A stretch of 64,000 nucleotides of DNA, taken from contig NC_134030.1 of assembly GCF_964204645.1 (NCBI RefSeq), positions 11,863,947-11,927,946 on the forward strand, read 5' to 3'. Numbering within the stretch: position 1 is the first letter of the stretch; each line of letters begins with the position of its first letter. The notes under the pieces are model-generated. The model was given only the letters and a program-made list of their open reading frames with translations. It was not told the DNA's origin and did no database searches. Origin of the DNA: Tubulanus polymorphus. Taxonomy: Eukaryota > Animalia > Nemertea. The position numbers and the translations under genes are program-made. Shown here in pieces: positions 1 through 32,327 of the stretch.

Positions 1-1228
1 TTCTTCTCTTAGTCCAATTAGTCTCGGAGTGCCACAAGGTTCTGTCTTAGGCCCAATTCTATTTCTACTATACATAAATGATTGCGTTAATGCTTCAATC
101 TCCAATTTTCCAGTATGTGTTGTTTGCTGATGATTCCAATATTTTCAAAAGCCACTCAAATCCGAGCCATCTTGAACTCATTATAAACACAGAATTAGCT
201 AAACTTGTAGATTGGTTTAAAGCAAACAAATTATCGTTAAATCTTTAAAAAAAACGTATTACATTGTTTTTAATAGAAGGCCTTGTAATATTCAAATGAA
301 CTTGTCTATAGATGGTAAACCCCTATCCAGGGTTCAAGACACAAAATTCTTAGGCGTTCAAATTGATGAAAAACTAAACTGGAAAAAAACACATAAGTAT
401 TATCTCAACGACGGTAGCCAAAAATATTGGTATCATCTACAAATTATCAAAACTTTTACCATGTAATGTACTAAGACAACTGTATTACAGTCTTATCTAC
501 CCTCACCTATTTTATTGCAATATTGTTTGGGGCAACAACTCCGATTCTGCTCTAGGTAAGTTATTCAAACTTCAAAAAAGAGTGATAAGAATCATCAGCA
601 AAAGTTACTACCTAGAACATACAGGCCCGTTATTTAAAGCCACTCAGATCTTAAAACTCCATGATATAAACAATCTTCTTGTTGGGCAGTTTGTGTATTG
701 TCATTCCCACAACCTTCTACCTCGCACGTTCGCTGATCTTTTTGAGTTAAATGCATCAATTCATAATCATCATACCAGATCGAGGACTAACCTTCGCTTA
801 AGTCATTACCGTACTAATGTTAAAAAGTTTTCATTGAGAGTAAAGGGTCCAAAACTTTGGAATCAAATTAGTCAGTCAATAAAAACCAGTAAAAGTTTGA
901 ATATTTTCAAATCAAATATGAAACGCCATTATATATCCACTTATTAATTGATTGTCCTCTTTTGCTGATCCTTCTTAAGCTGCTTTATATTTATTTAGCA
1001 TACTAGTGTATTTTCTCGTAAATCTCTGTATTTATCGCAGTTAATTTAAAACAGCAGTTTATTAGCCAACTACTACATTTTATATATTTAACATTCCTTT
1101 TCAGGGTTTCAGTTTATACAAGCCTTGCTTTTTCTGAAACCCCAGTTTTATATTACAACATTATGTATTAACAATAACATTGTACACATTGTTGCAATTT
1201 ATTTCTGAAATAAATAAATAAATAAATA
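1..1228 (+). mobile_element. 3' part of a CR1/L2-group non-LTR retrotransposon (degenerate ORF2 reverse transcriptase, 3' UTR and tail)
   Basis: [19 protein letters not shown] at about 27-85 and FADD at about 124-135; frameshifts/stops follow; ORF 582-947 has the typical ORF2 C-terminus (HNHHTRS...FSLRVKGPKLWN); ends in an (AAAT)n tail at about 1208-1228. Cut by the window edge. Confidence 0.9.
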
Positions 1229-1569
1229 CAAAAATGGGGAAGTAAGTTGAACACAATTTGGTCAGGTTGAACCCCTACCAATGGACCTAGAGTTAGGCGA
1301 GGCATTAGTTTAAACCACGTGCGTCTCGTTCAGCTCATGGGAATTTTTCTAATAACTGCAGATAAAGTTGTTAGAATGGACGAACGAACGTAAGGACCAA
1401 TCGTTGAAGCATATACGCGTCCCTATATACCAACGCTACGGGCCTGCTTTTGAATATTATTACTAGCTGTCCAAAGTTTATTTTACTTGTACGCGGAGAA
1501 GAGGTGTTCTTTCAGTGATGTTAACCCTCATAACACGTCCCGACAAGAGGGTTGGAAGAAAAAGTAAGT

Positions 1570-1619
1570 TGAACCTTGGAGTAATCATTTGACATGTCCG
1601 ATGATTACTCCAAGGTTCA
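1570..1619. repeat. Perfect short hairpin with 19-bp arms
   Basis: TGAACCTTGGAGTAATCAT (1570-1588) and ATGATTACTCCAAGGTTCA (1601-1619); the 12-nt spacer contains the palindrome GACATGTC. Confidence 0.85.
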
Positions 1620-2939
1620 GCAAATAAGCTTTCAAAATTATTTTTGAATGGCGATTCATTTGGGCGAAATTATTTGTAACAAAAAACGGTAGGCCTAGCG
1701 ATCGGCTATAACATTGGGTTGCTTGTTCCTTGCCAAATCTAAGGGAGCCACGAGCAATAGAGCCATAATTTAAGGAATGCTGGTTCTTTCTACAAAAGGA
1801 TTCCAGAATCTTCAGAGAGTAGTTCAATCCAGCAGTTCAATTGGGAATGGTCATTATCAGGTGTATACAAGTGGAGGAGTAGAAAACATACGTAGGATAA
1901 GGATCGTGTCGATTAATAGCTAGAGTCTGGATTCAATGGATATAGAGAAGTTCCTTAGGGTGATTTAGAATGTACAGTTGACTTCGCTGAAGTCGGATCT
2001 TGTGGTACCTTAGAAATGTTGAATGTTATGTATTTCATATATGATGTCACAAATACATCCGAATTGATCGGATCCGACTTGGGCATTGTCTCTTAATATA
2101 GTTATATTATTATTGTTATTATCATTATCATTATTATTCTTCTTATTATTATTATTTATGCATCACTAAAGTCATACAGACTTATATGGTAAATATATCC
2201 ACATACAAACGAAAATAGTTCACCTGTAAAAATACCGATATCGAGCAACATAAAACCAGACAGATATTATTCAGTTTATGAGACATAATATCAAAAGAAT
2301 TATTAATTATCATTCAATATTCGGCAGTCCAAACGTTTTCTTATTTGGGTTTGTGCACCACGGACATGTTCTCTCGCCAGGGATCCAATGTCATCAGAAT
2401 TATTAAAGCAGCGAATGCAGGGAAGGTGGCCGATGTATCAGTAAGTACTCGTTGAAGACAGAATATACAGTCAACCTCGCACAAATTTTAAAATCCCGTT
2501 TTATTTCTTCTCCAATAACCATAAAGATCTGTCTTTAACTCGTATGTCGTATAAACGCCACGTAATGTAGTCCCATTTCTTTATTTAATACAATACGTCT
2601 TAAGTCACAGCTCTGGAATGTATCATACCGATATTCTACGGCATTTAGACGACGCGAAATGAACACCTAATGTTGTCTCACGTAGTGTATTGATTTCATT
2701 ACGCCCTAGCCTATCTATCAAACGTGATCGGCGGCTATGAAGCAGTCGATGTCAATATTGAACTAACTTCGATGTCGTGCATTTCGTAAGAATTCCCAAA
2801 TACTCCACTACTGACAAGTCGTACATCGTTGAAGTCGAATAAATTATATTGGGCCCAACTTGTACGACTGAACGTATGTCGATGTGAAAAGCCAATTTAA
2901 AGACCGCAAGGATAAAAGTTGGACGACCGACTACATGTA

Positions 2940-20997
<18,058 letters not shown>

Positions 20998-21223
20998 TGC
21001 GCCACTCACGTCTCCGGAATTGTGTATCATCCCATATGCGTACATAGTAACATACCATTCATATTGACTGTTTAATCATCACACGGTGGTCTAATTGGGC
21101 AATTATAAATGCCATAGTCAACAAACGAGACTATGAGCGATATAAATATATATAAACTTTATTGTCAAAGTACAACTTTCACAACTTTGACAAAATTAAC
21201 ACAACATAAAATCATAATCTTTA

Positions 21224-22061
21224 TTAAAGAAGTGTCCAGTTTCTAGGCGCCGTTTTGTGGCGGTCCCTCGAGGTCCCCATTGTTGCGATAATTTGCATTC
21301 ATTTTTAAAACATAAGTTAAGATTGAATATCAAATAACTCTGCATTCCTTTGCTCGATGAACTTAATCAATACACCATTTTAAAGGAAATGAAATGCAGA
21401 TATATGCTGGCGATTCTTGGAATTTTTGAATGCAGTGAAACCAAGGACCGCATATTTTTAACCGCGCGTCAAAAAAATTTGCGATTTTTATAGATTTTGA
21501 AAGTGGTTTAAGCTAGATTTCCCACCTCTGCTGAGGTTAAAGAGCGTTATTTGTAATTTTAGCCTGCGTTGAAATATTTTAAATATCTTTCCTGACGACT
21601 GACCTGTAACCGCTAGAGTTTGAGATTACGCGCCAAAGGGGTCTCCGACTGCGCACCGCCATTTCACTGAACATTGAGATTTGTGACAAGAAATCCTTAA
21701 TGACATTTTTAATTTCATCACATTTTTCATGGGGATAATTTGACATTATAATCCCAATCTTGTTTGTACAATATTTGGCGGGAGCATTCTTTTAAGCTTG
21801 TTTTTAGGATCCGATTTTTCCCGCTATTGAAGTATGAACGGCGCAGTTGCGGAATTGTCGTATGCAGTCCGTCCAGCCTAGCGACGATTTTGTGTTCGGT
21901 GAAATCATGGACTCTAAAACGTTGTGGAGTCCATGGTTAAATGGTGGCCATCAATTTAAACGATTATGACATGTTAAAAACATAAGTCTCGTAATCCCTT
22001 TCTAATAATCTCGTAATTCTGGGATCATACGTACGATGAATTTACTGAATATCGACCTTCT
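21224..22061. mobile_element. Truncated copy (one end) of the long-TIR element found at 7381-10115
   Basis: Highly similar to 7381-7860 in direct orientation and to 9428-10115 in inverted orientation. Confidence 0.8.
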
Positions 22062-22239
22062 GGCTCAAGTCCACTATAGCATTAAATAGTTCCAGCAGAG
22101 ACTTATCACATTGGACTGGTATTTGGAATTAATCCGCCAATATTGGACTGATTGAATCTTACGACATTACGCCATAGGGACGTGTGGCTCAACTCCAGAA
22201 CAGGTAAAAGTAGAGATCTATCAATCCTAAATGTCGGCC

Positions 22240-22392
22240 GATTCTACTCGTCGACAATGTCTACAACCCCGATTGTCGACCGATTTTACTCGTCGACAAT
22301 GTCTACAACCCCGATTGTCGTCCGATTCTAACTCGTCGACAATGTCTGCAATCCCGATTGTCGACCGATTTTACTCGTCGACAATGCCTACA
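22240..22392. repeat. Minisatellite, 42-bp unit, about 3.6 copies, each with an internal hairpin
   Basis: Units start at 22240, 22282, 22324 and 22367; each contains TCGACAAT...ATTGTCGA. A 2-copy duplication of about 120 bp follows at about 22398-22630. Confidence 0.85.
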
Positions 22393-23424
22393 AAGTAGAT
22401 GAGAAAACGTCTTTTCGCGCGATGAACGACGTTTTCGGGTCGAAATATGTGCTTTTCCCGTCAATTCGAGCACTTTTGCGCATCGACATTTTCATTTTTC
22501 CGTTACGGAGAAAACTTGATAAGAAAACGGCTTTTCTTGCGCTGAACGGCGTTTTCGCGTCGAAATGTGCTTTTCACGTCGATTTGAGCGCTATAGCGCA
22601 TCGATATTTTCATTTTTCCGATACGGGGAACATTTTTTTGTTACTTTGTTGAGGCATCCGCGTGGTGTCCAATTGAATCGCCCCCCCCCCCGAGAGTCCA
22701 GAATGTGGCTGTAAGAAGCGTCGCTCAAACTAAATATTTTTGGTCTAATGACTCCCATCCCATCCATTCCAGCTTACATTGGCTTCCTGGTTTGTTTTTA
22801 GATGTAAGAATGGCGTAGCTACATGTATTCAGTACTATTTAATAGATCAGCCCCGAGCATAAATTCCCGTTAGGTCACTTCGTTCGTCCAGCTAAAATCT
22901 TCAAATGAGTCATTCAATAATATCATTGATTACATAAAATGAAAATACGTTTTACAAATTGCTGTCATGATTTAATGAGTAAACGTTAAATTCTAATCGA
23001 TTGGAAATCTTGAAATGAGGATGGCTTTCATAACGCCATCTTGATACTAAGGAAATTCGTTTCGAATAAAACATATGTAATACATGTATTTTGATAATAT
23101 CGTATCCTTCTGTCTGTGTACAGTTAAATCAAACGCCATCTATATATTTGGTTTTTAGGTATAGGTGGTGTGTAGAAATAGCAAGTATCAGATCTTGACC
23201 GTTTAGCGCTTGCTGCCCCAATACTGGTAGTGAAAAACATAAACGAACCGAAATGTGGAGTAATTTCTTTTACGTCGCGTCTTGTATTATGCAATCACAC
23301 CTTCACGTTATGGGTTTATCCTTCACGTGATGACGTTAGCGTCTGTTTGGCGGGGATGGCTGCCCATAGGTTGCTCTCAGTTGAGTCGGATGGCGTCGAG
23401 TTGCTTGTCGACATAAAGCCAGCC

Positions 23425-23682
23425 TTAAGAGCACAGGTCGACTACGACTTGATCACCGAGTCTAATGTGACGAAGGAATGACTCGTCGCTGATTGGCTTC
23501 GACGATCTGATAGGGTCGTAGAAATAGAACTTGTTCTATCCTTGCGATTCGTCTTACGATGGGTCTGTGATCAATCCACCGCGGATGTAAGTAAACCTAT
23601 GTCGAAAAGGTTTCCGATGAAAAAATCGCTGGCCGTTTATACGAGATGATCGGGTCGTAAGTCGACCTGAGCTTAGCTTTAA
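23425..23682. mobile_element. Degenerate MITE (PIF/Harbinger-like)
   Basis: Imperfect TIRs CAGGTCGACTACGAC..GATCA and TGATC..GTCGTAAGTCGACCTG, with TAA-like flanks. Confidence 0.5.
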
Positions 23683-24715
23683 TGTCTATACAACCCTTCC
23701 GAAATCATCACTACTGTATGTACTGAGTGATAGTTAATTGGATAGTCTAATTCACTGAATTAATGTTTCGTATCGGCCCCACTCTGCGCGGGTGCGCCAC
23801 CGTGCGGGATTTACGCGAAGCAGCAAACACATGGCCACTCTCTCAATTTTCAATGATAGAAATCGTGTGTGCATTTCAACTATTTCGGCTGTTAGGGTTT
23901 TAAGGCACAATATAAGTTGATGATGTGATATGGCGATGTTAATTAGTGATAATTCCGCAGTGAAGCTAGTCACGAACGGTGCCGATTGAGTGTACAGCAG
24001 CCAAAAACACTGAAATGTGCGTAGTTGCGTAACTATTTGCAGTGAATTGCAGACGAAACATGAAGCCTTAACGGCCGTTTTAAAAAAAATTATACCAATC
24101 GCAATTGTAAAATAAAAATGAGATAGAACCTAAGTTAAAATTCTGGCCATTTCTAAAATGTTATTACTAATTTTTAGTCAGTGCCGAACATTTAGTTTTC
24201 CAACAATAATGAGGGGTGGTAGGTAGTCATGCAATTCAAGTCATCATTTATTACACGTTACTTCCGTGTTGTTGAAAATCTCGTGAGTCCTGGACCAAAC
24301 CCCAATGAACAATGTGATCTGTGTGCTGGCCACAAATGCACACCGATCACACTACACTACCCATTACACACTCCAGTACCCACAGCTTTCATATATCCAT
24401 CCAAATATTTAGAGTGTCTTTCTTCCTGGATTCTGACTCGCGTTTGTGGGTGCTACTTAGTGTCGAGCAAGTTGTTAGTGCATTGCAGATTGCGGTCACT
24501 CTGATTAATTGTCACGCAAATTTCACTATGTGAACTGCATGTATCTGACGCCAGTCAAAGTTTATTCCTAGTCTTCATTTTTATCAACTTTTTAAAATGA
24601 GAAATCTAAAAATAAGAATGATTTCCTTACTTTTTTACGGAGACGAGAGAGGTCTAATCTTATTTTCATTTTTGAGGTAAAATGCCTCCTTCACAGTCCT
24701 GTAATCGTCAAACAA

Positions 24716-26168
24716 ACTAGGGGTCAAGGGATACAATGCTCACAATCTAGCAATTTCAATATTCAACGACCCCTGGTGATCATATAAAACAACCAATGAC
24801 CTTGAAACTAACCAACATTACAGAGCATGTCACGAGCTTCAATTTTGAAATCTAATGTGGTAACAAAATATGCCTATGTACTAATACAATGTGAAAATAC
24901 TAAGTTATTCTTCTATTCAACGCCCCATGGTGACCATTATGCAGCACCCAATGATGACCTTGAAAATCACAACATTCATAGAACATTTCATGAGCTACAA
25001 CTTTACAATTGATAGTGGTCACAAAATATGCATAGGTACAAATATAATATAGAAATACTAAGTAATTGTATTACCCGGTATTCAACGCCCCCTGGTAACC
25101 ATATGCAAAAAAACACATTGAAACTCATCACAATTATAGAACATGTTACGAGCTACAAATTTGCAATTGACAAATACTATATTTTTAGTTCATAGTTATT
25201 CAATTATTCAATGCCTCTGGTGACCATATAGGATCATTCATGTACAACTAGGCGCATCAGGGGAGGGGGAAGAGTAAGTGCAATTGCGTACTGTAATGCT
25301 TAATGTTTATGAATGGCCGATTATGCATACAGGGGTAGGGGGGTTGAAAAGTTGAATTTCATGCGTACGTAATACAACAATAATAGAACATGTCATGAGC
25401 TACAACTTTGCAATTGATTGCAGTTACAAAATATGCATAAGTACCAATACAAATAGACAAATTATATATCCTTCAATATTTAACTTCCCTGGTGGCAAGA
25501 AAAATAATTAGGTGATTTCAATTCCATGTGCGGGGATGTATCTTATGACAGTGCTAATTACCATCAAATATCAAGACTATAAGTTAAACCTCTTGATATT
25601 TTCCTCAAAAAACTTTTTTCCACCTGCGAATGAGTACTGATGGCATATACGATGGCTGCCAATAGCGTGGCAATTGGCTGATAAAAAATACCTTCTGATG
25701 TATTAAAAATATCTTGCCCATAGAATACCCATCACAAAATTTCAATGAAAATTGGCAAATCAGTAGGAGGCTAAAGGACTCAGAATTCAGGACAAAATTT
25801 ACATTTTTTGGCACAAAAAGGACATAGGGCAACCATTTTGAGTCTGATCATCCCAATTTTTCTCATGCTGATAGGCCCTTTTGGAGATAATAATATATAC
25901 GAAAGATCAAGGTAATAGATCAAAGCCTCTTGAAAATTTCCTTCAGAAACTTGGAAAATGTGTAAAAAGTGCTGATTTTGGAGAACAACAATGGTTGCCT
26001 GTCGGCCAACTTGATTCTGACCGGACCAGTTTTTTGGGCTGACAATGTGTCTAGGGTAGAAACATATGTAAACCAAATATCAAGGCATTACATTGAAGCA
26101 TCTTTAAAACTTCCCAAAATAACTGGATTTTGTCTACGGACAGACGAACGAAAAGTGAACGCAATAAC
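24716..26168 (+). mobile_element. Helentron-like non-autonomous element (HINE-type) with about 153-bp internal tandem repeats
   Basis: Starts ACTAGGGGTC; tandem units with TTCAACGCCCCTGGTGACCATATG...ATGACCTTGAAACTCACCACAATCATAGAACATG; ends GGACAGACGAACGAAAAGTGAACGCAAT. Confidence 0.75.
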
Positions 26169-27432
26169 TATGAGGCCTAAAAACACTGCTGTAAACAGCA
26201 TCTCAACGTCAAACAAGCCCAAAATGTCAAATATGGGCAACGCAATTTTGATTTGTAATTGTGGTTTTCATTGGTTGGAAGATTCCACGCTTGCCACAGT
26301 GAGTGAAAGCCTGTAATGAACAAATGTAGGGCCTGTGGCAAGGATTTGTTTTGGTGAGAGATTCAGCGGGCGGTTATCAAACCCTAGCAAGTAGGAATGC
26401 ACTTTGTTAGCCAAGGTTTAGTGTATATATTTTTGCAACATAGTTTATTGTGGTGGATAGGATGTGTATTTCATGACAAAATTTGCATAATGTAATCGAT
26501 ACGAATACCTTCAGTGGCATTCTAGTCAGGCCTTTAGCACAAAATGATGCTGTGATGCGGTTTTTTATGTTCCTACATTTGACTGTCAAGTATGATGGAT
26601 TAGTCGACAGAAACAAGTCCGAACGGACGTATAGTAGCCGGCCCTTCCAAAATTGATATCGATATCAATATGCTTTTGGTTTTCATTCACAATCAATCAA
26701 TAGCAATGAATAGATGGTCTAAACTTCCGCGTTTTAAACGGCATTGGCGATTAGATGGCGCTAGCGAACGGTGCACGAATTTCGGAGTCGATTTTTGTTT
26801 TCCAAAAAAAATTTTGACGCGGGGGTTCTAGATCGACGCGTTCACTGACCAGAAACAGAATACATTTTTTGTTTGGCCTAACATGTTATTTTTTGTGAGG
26901 AACAGTAATCCATATGGACTCTGCATCAGACAGGTCAATGTATTAGTTAAGTGGTTTCTATTTTCTGAGTCTTAAATTGTATTTCCAGATCAATAAACTA
27001 ATTATAAGTCATTTGAATAAGTTGTCAACATAGTGAAGTACAACAGGCTAAACAAAATCACGTTTAATTCAATGAAAATAAATCTTTTTTATTGTAAAGC
27101 ACCTTCTTGATTGTACCTCATATTATTTCGAATTATGTACAAAGACAAACAAACCCATCAATACAAATTATTCGATCATATCCGTTGACTGGCAATGTAT
27201 ATATTCCACACTAGAGACACCATGCTAGCAAAAAGCACACGATACTGAAATGAAAAGGAACAAAGCAATAATTTAATTGTTCCAATAATAGTTTGTAAGT
27301 ATACCTGTGAATTAGGGAAAAATGATCCCTTGTTTCTCCCTCTTCTCTATCCATTAAGTGACCAAGTAGGCAGTTGTTCTTTTAACATTCTTTGAAAAAA
27401 TAAAAGATTTGTAGTTCTGCAGCAGACACAAA

Positions 27433-28120
27433 CATAGAACACGTTATGAGCTACAACTTTCTAAATGATTGTGGTAACAAAATACGCTTAAATCAATATA
27501 ATGTGGAAAAACTTTTTCCCACTTACGAATGAGTACTGCTGACACCAAGATGGCCGCCTGCTGACACCAAGATGGCCGTCATAATTGGCTGATGAAAAAT
27601 ACCTGTCTCAGGTATAAAACATCCCTTTCCAAAGAATACCCATCACAAATTGCAATGAGAAATGGTTAACCAGTAGGAAGCTACAGGACTCAGAATTCGG
27701 GCCAAAATTAACATTTTTGGGCACTAAAAAGGTCATAGGACGGCCATCTTGAATCCGATCGACCCAATTTTTGTTATGCTGATGGGCCCTGGGGGGATTC
27801 ACTTATATCTGAAAGATCGAGGTAATTGATCAAAGCGTCTTCAAAATCTCCCTCAATAAGTTCAAAAATGTGTAAAAAGTGCTGATTTTGGCGAACAACA
27901 ATGGCTGCCAGTCGACCATCTTGAATCTGACAGGGCCAGTTTTTGGGCTGAAGATGTGTCTAGGGTAGATACATGTGTAACCCAAATATCAAGACATTAC
28001 CTTGAAGCATCTTCAAAACTTCCCAAAATAACTGGATTCCGTCTACGGACGGACGGACAGACGACGGACGAAAAGTGAACGCAAATGCCCGCTGGGACTA
28101 AAGTCCCAAGTGGGCTAAAA
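27433..28120 (+). mobile_element. Partial copy of the same HINE-type family
   Basis: (GGAC)n tract and terminal hairpin GCCCGCTGGGACTAAAGTCCCAAGTGGGCT followed by AAAAA. Confidence 0.8.
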
Positions 28121-28489
28121 AGCGAAATTTCACACTGTGCATTAATAAGATTAAAGTATTTATTCGTTTGACAAATCTTCCTCTGAACTCCCACCAACAA
28201 GTTATAAGTGGCGACACGACAAACGCAACTACGTCATGAAGGTAACAAAAAGATTTCTAAATAGCGATAAATAGGCAGGTAAAGGCAGAGTTATGACCTA
28301 CTAACTGCATATTTATGTTTTCCAGAGACATATAGCCATATACCAAATGCTGTAGAACTTTAAGCAAAAATTGCTGACAAAAAAGTCAGGAATAATTTTT
28401 GTAAACGACGATATGATGCGATACGTAAGTATGATGACATGCAGGGCTTTGGGGAATATGTTCTAAGTAGGGTGGGCAAAAAATTATAG

Positions 28490-29139
28490 GCCTACCTGAT
28501 GGACACTAAGATGGCAGCCCAATGCGTCACGCTTGACTGATCAAAAAAACCGTCTGAAATGTTTAAGATCCCTTCCCAAAGTATACCTGTGATAACTTTC
28601 AGTGAAAAATGCCACACCATTCTGAAGCTACAGGTCTTGGAAATTCGGGCATAAAAAGGTCATAGGATGGCCATTTTGTGTCTGATCAACCAAATTTTTC
28701 TTGTGTTGATTGATGTACCATATGGGGATACAAACATACATAAAAGATCAAGAAAACTTGAATAAAGGACCATGGGTCCGGTAGAATCAACTGAGAACAT
28801 TTTACTTGAGCACAAAAATCAATTTGTTCTTTGATTTACAATAATGTAAACAGCTGAAGATGAAATCATTGTGCACTGTGCAGTAAACATGTTCAAATTT
28901 GATGATATACACAGGTTTTCTCAATGAGTCATTAGCACATGGCAGAACAATCAATACTATGTTCTCGAAAAGGACATCACTGAGAAAGCCCCTCTAAAGA
29001 GAAATATGTATAAACCAAAGATCAAGACAATCCATAGAAGCATCTTCAAAACTTTCCAAAATAACTGGATCCCATCTACGGACGTATGAAAAGTGAACGC
29101 AATAGCCCACTGGGACTAATGTCCCAGGTGGACTAAAAA
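28490..29139 (+). mobile_element. Degenerate, interrupted copy of the HINE-type family
   Basis: Similar to the family body at about 28490-28760; terminal hairpin at about 29105-29139. Confidence 0.6.
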
Positions 29140-30972
29140 TGTGACATGCACTTACCTGCTGAGGAATGTAGTTAACATTAACATATTGAAATACTGTCCA
29201 AATTTTCCAATTCATCTTAAGTGCAGTCCAAAATGTGTCTTTGATTTTCCTTATGGCATATTTAGAACTGTGTCCCTTGATAATAGAAAAACAAGAGGAC
29301 CATTAAGTCCATATGGTCGGTGACCTATGTCTAAAATTGACCAGTAGTGGACGCACAAGGAACAACTCATGTTTCTCATTAAATTTTTTTCATTTTGTTT
29401 GTCACCCCTATGTTACTGATACATGAGCAGGGACGCCGCTCACCTCGCCGTGCATAGGTACAGCATCGTAACGCCATACTACTAACATCGTAAAACTCGG
29501 GGAATTCCCTGGGAGTACATTATCTTTGATTGGCGCAGTTTGCGGAGATAATGTGATGAAGGCATTACTTGTTATTCTTATGGAGAAAATTTCTAACTAG
29601 CACTGTGCTTTTAAGAAATAAAATCCAGGCAAGTTTTTATTTCGAACCCTGCAGTGACAATGAATAATTTACAGATCCCCTGCCAGTCAGTATAAACCAC
29701 AAAACATGCTATTTAGTTATGGCTTACTTTCAATGTAAAACTGACAATAAACCAATCAATGTCAGGTAGGCCCTCTTGTCGCCTTAAAACCCTCCACAAT
29801 TTCATCATAAATTTGAGAACCTAAATACAACACGCTATGGTGGTCATATAGCTAGAATCATGGATACAGGTAAATGACGTATTACGGGCATTTTTCTATC
29901 GGATTATCAGTTCAATACAGCGTTATGGGTTTATATCCATGGCAGTAGAGATACTACTGGTGTTGTTCGATGAACGGCAGGATGTTTAACAGCTACGATG
30001 CCTGGTCTCCGACCATAATTACTAATATAATTCTTGGATGGACTTTTGGACAATTATCATAGTACATATTTGTTATCATATTAAATAGACTTTCAGACAG
30101 ATATCACTACAAGATGTGAATGCATTTAACACATTGGCTGTCGGCTTGATAATACAGTGCCACCCCCAAGTGCCGCACAAATATACTTGTAGGTCAGCAC
30201 TGGAGTAATTACATAGTCAACCTTAGCTCAAAATTGATTTATCAAGAACATCGAAAATGAAGCCAAGTTTGTTAACATTGCCAACCAATCAGGAACTGTG
30301 TAATTTCCCCTGAGCCGGGGTGCAAATATCTGACAGTGAATAGGAAGAATCAGCTACAAATATATTTGTAATGGAACCGGCAGTAAGAATAATATTTGTA
30401 GCCAGCACGGATTGTGTTAAGCCATCTTGGTCAGGTACTAAGTTAAGTCACAGTCAGCTGTCTTGGATGACATCACTACCTCAGTTTGGTCATGATAGAT
30501 CACCAGTTGATATATGAAAGCTCTCTAGAAAACCTTTCGAGTGGATGAACAAAATGTATAATTACAGAATCAATGAATCATGATGGCAACTAGCCGGCTA
30601 GAGAAAAAGTAATTTCCCTTCCATAATTGTCATGGATGAATTTTCTGAAGTGCTAATAAAAAATCTTATTAGTAAATTTTTCTTTTTTTTCAGATATCAG
30701 TACCGACTCACATCTATCATTGCAAAAGAATGAATTCTTACCTCCAAAACTGCAACGATGTAGAAAAAAAGCAATAAGTACGGAGGGGCGAATATCATTC
30801 TATCGATGAGTACTCGCAACACACTTGAGTATTTTGTTCTTTTAGGCACCAATTGATCAAGCCAGATGTAGAATTGATGAATAAGTGGACCAGTTACTGA
30901 AAATCTGAATAACGCTATGACATGTCAAATAAGAAATCGAAGCGTCCCCATTAGCTACATGGTACAAATATA

Positions 30973-31945
30973 ACTAGGGGTCCAGGGACACCATGCCCAC
31001 TTGGGAAGTGGTTTCAGATGCTCAACAATCTAACAATTTCAATATTCAACGCCCCATCCAATGAACTTGAAAAAATCCAATGACTTTGAAACTCACCACA
31101 ATCATTATAGACATAGAACTTATCAGCTGCTACAATTTTGTAATTAAGTGTGGTAACAAAATATGCCTAGTTACCAATAGGCCTATGATATGGAAATACT
31201 AAGTTATTCTACTATTCAACGCCCTCTAGTGACCATATGCGAAGCCCAATGACCTCGAAACTCACCATAATCATAGAACATGACATATGCTACAACCTTG
31301 TAATTGATCATGGCAACAAAATATGCCTAGGTACCAATATATTAAGGAAATATTAAATTATTCTACTATTCCCCTAGTGTCCATATTATAGCATAACTAA
31401 TGTCCTTGAAACTCACCACAATCATAGACCATGTCATGAGCTACAACTTTCCAATTGATTGTGGTAACAAAATATGAATAGGTTCGAATATAATATAGAA
31501 ATACTAAATTATTGAATTGTTCAACGCCCACTGGTGGCCATATGCAAAAACCAATGACCTTGAAACTCACCACGAACATAGACCATGTCATGAGCTATAA
31601 CTTTCCAATTGATTGTGGTAACAAAATATGCTTAAGCATCAATGTAATGTGGAAAAATTTTTTCCACCTACGAATGAGTACTGATGACACCAAGATGGCC
31701 GCCGATTGCGTCATAATTGCCTGATCAAATATACCTGTCTCGGGTATAAAAGATCCCTTTCCAAAGAATACCCGTCACAAATTGCAATGAAAAATGGCAA
31801 ACCATTAGGAAGCTACAGGACTCAGAATTAGGCCAAAATAGCCATATTGAGTCTGATCGACCAAATTTTCCTCATGCCGATGAGCCCTTGGGGATACAAA
31901 TATATACGAACAATCAAGGTAATTGATAAAAGCGTTTTATCATCT
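30973..31945 (+). mobile_element. HINE-type family copy with four internal repeat units, truncated at one end
   Basis: ACTAGGGGTCCAGGGACACCATGCCCACTTGGGAAGTGG start, then tandem units of about 153 bp. Confidence 0.8.
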
Positions 31946-32327
31946 GAGGATTTTTAACTGTAACCACTTAATGCCGTCGCAAAAATTATATGTTGCAAAA
32001 ATTATATGTTGCAATTCAAGAATTTTGGTACAAAACGGCTTGAATAAGAACGCGGAGGTGACTGCCCACAAGGGGCCCAGAGAGAATAAAGTATTTCTCA
32101 CTACAGATAAGTAGTCATGAACTTTTTTGCCATTACATTGATTGAAATCACTGACAGGTATAGTAACACCGATATTAGAAACGTATTTGCATATTCTTTC
32201 CGGGAAGTGAAAGTGAGTCAAAAAACTATAATGACCCCCACTGGGCCAACTACAGCCTAAACAGAAAGCGTTCATGTACATCATTTGAAAGGTAATACAA
32301 TACCTACCAAACATTCGATGGACACAA

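Noticed and set aside
22240-22392. CRISPR-like palindromic repeats
   Set aside because: Head-to-tail units with no unique spacers, no cas genes and a eukaryotic context.
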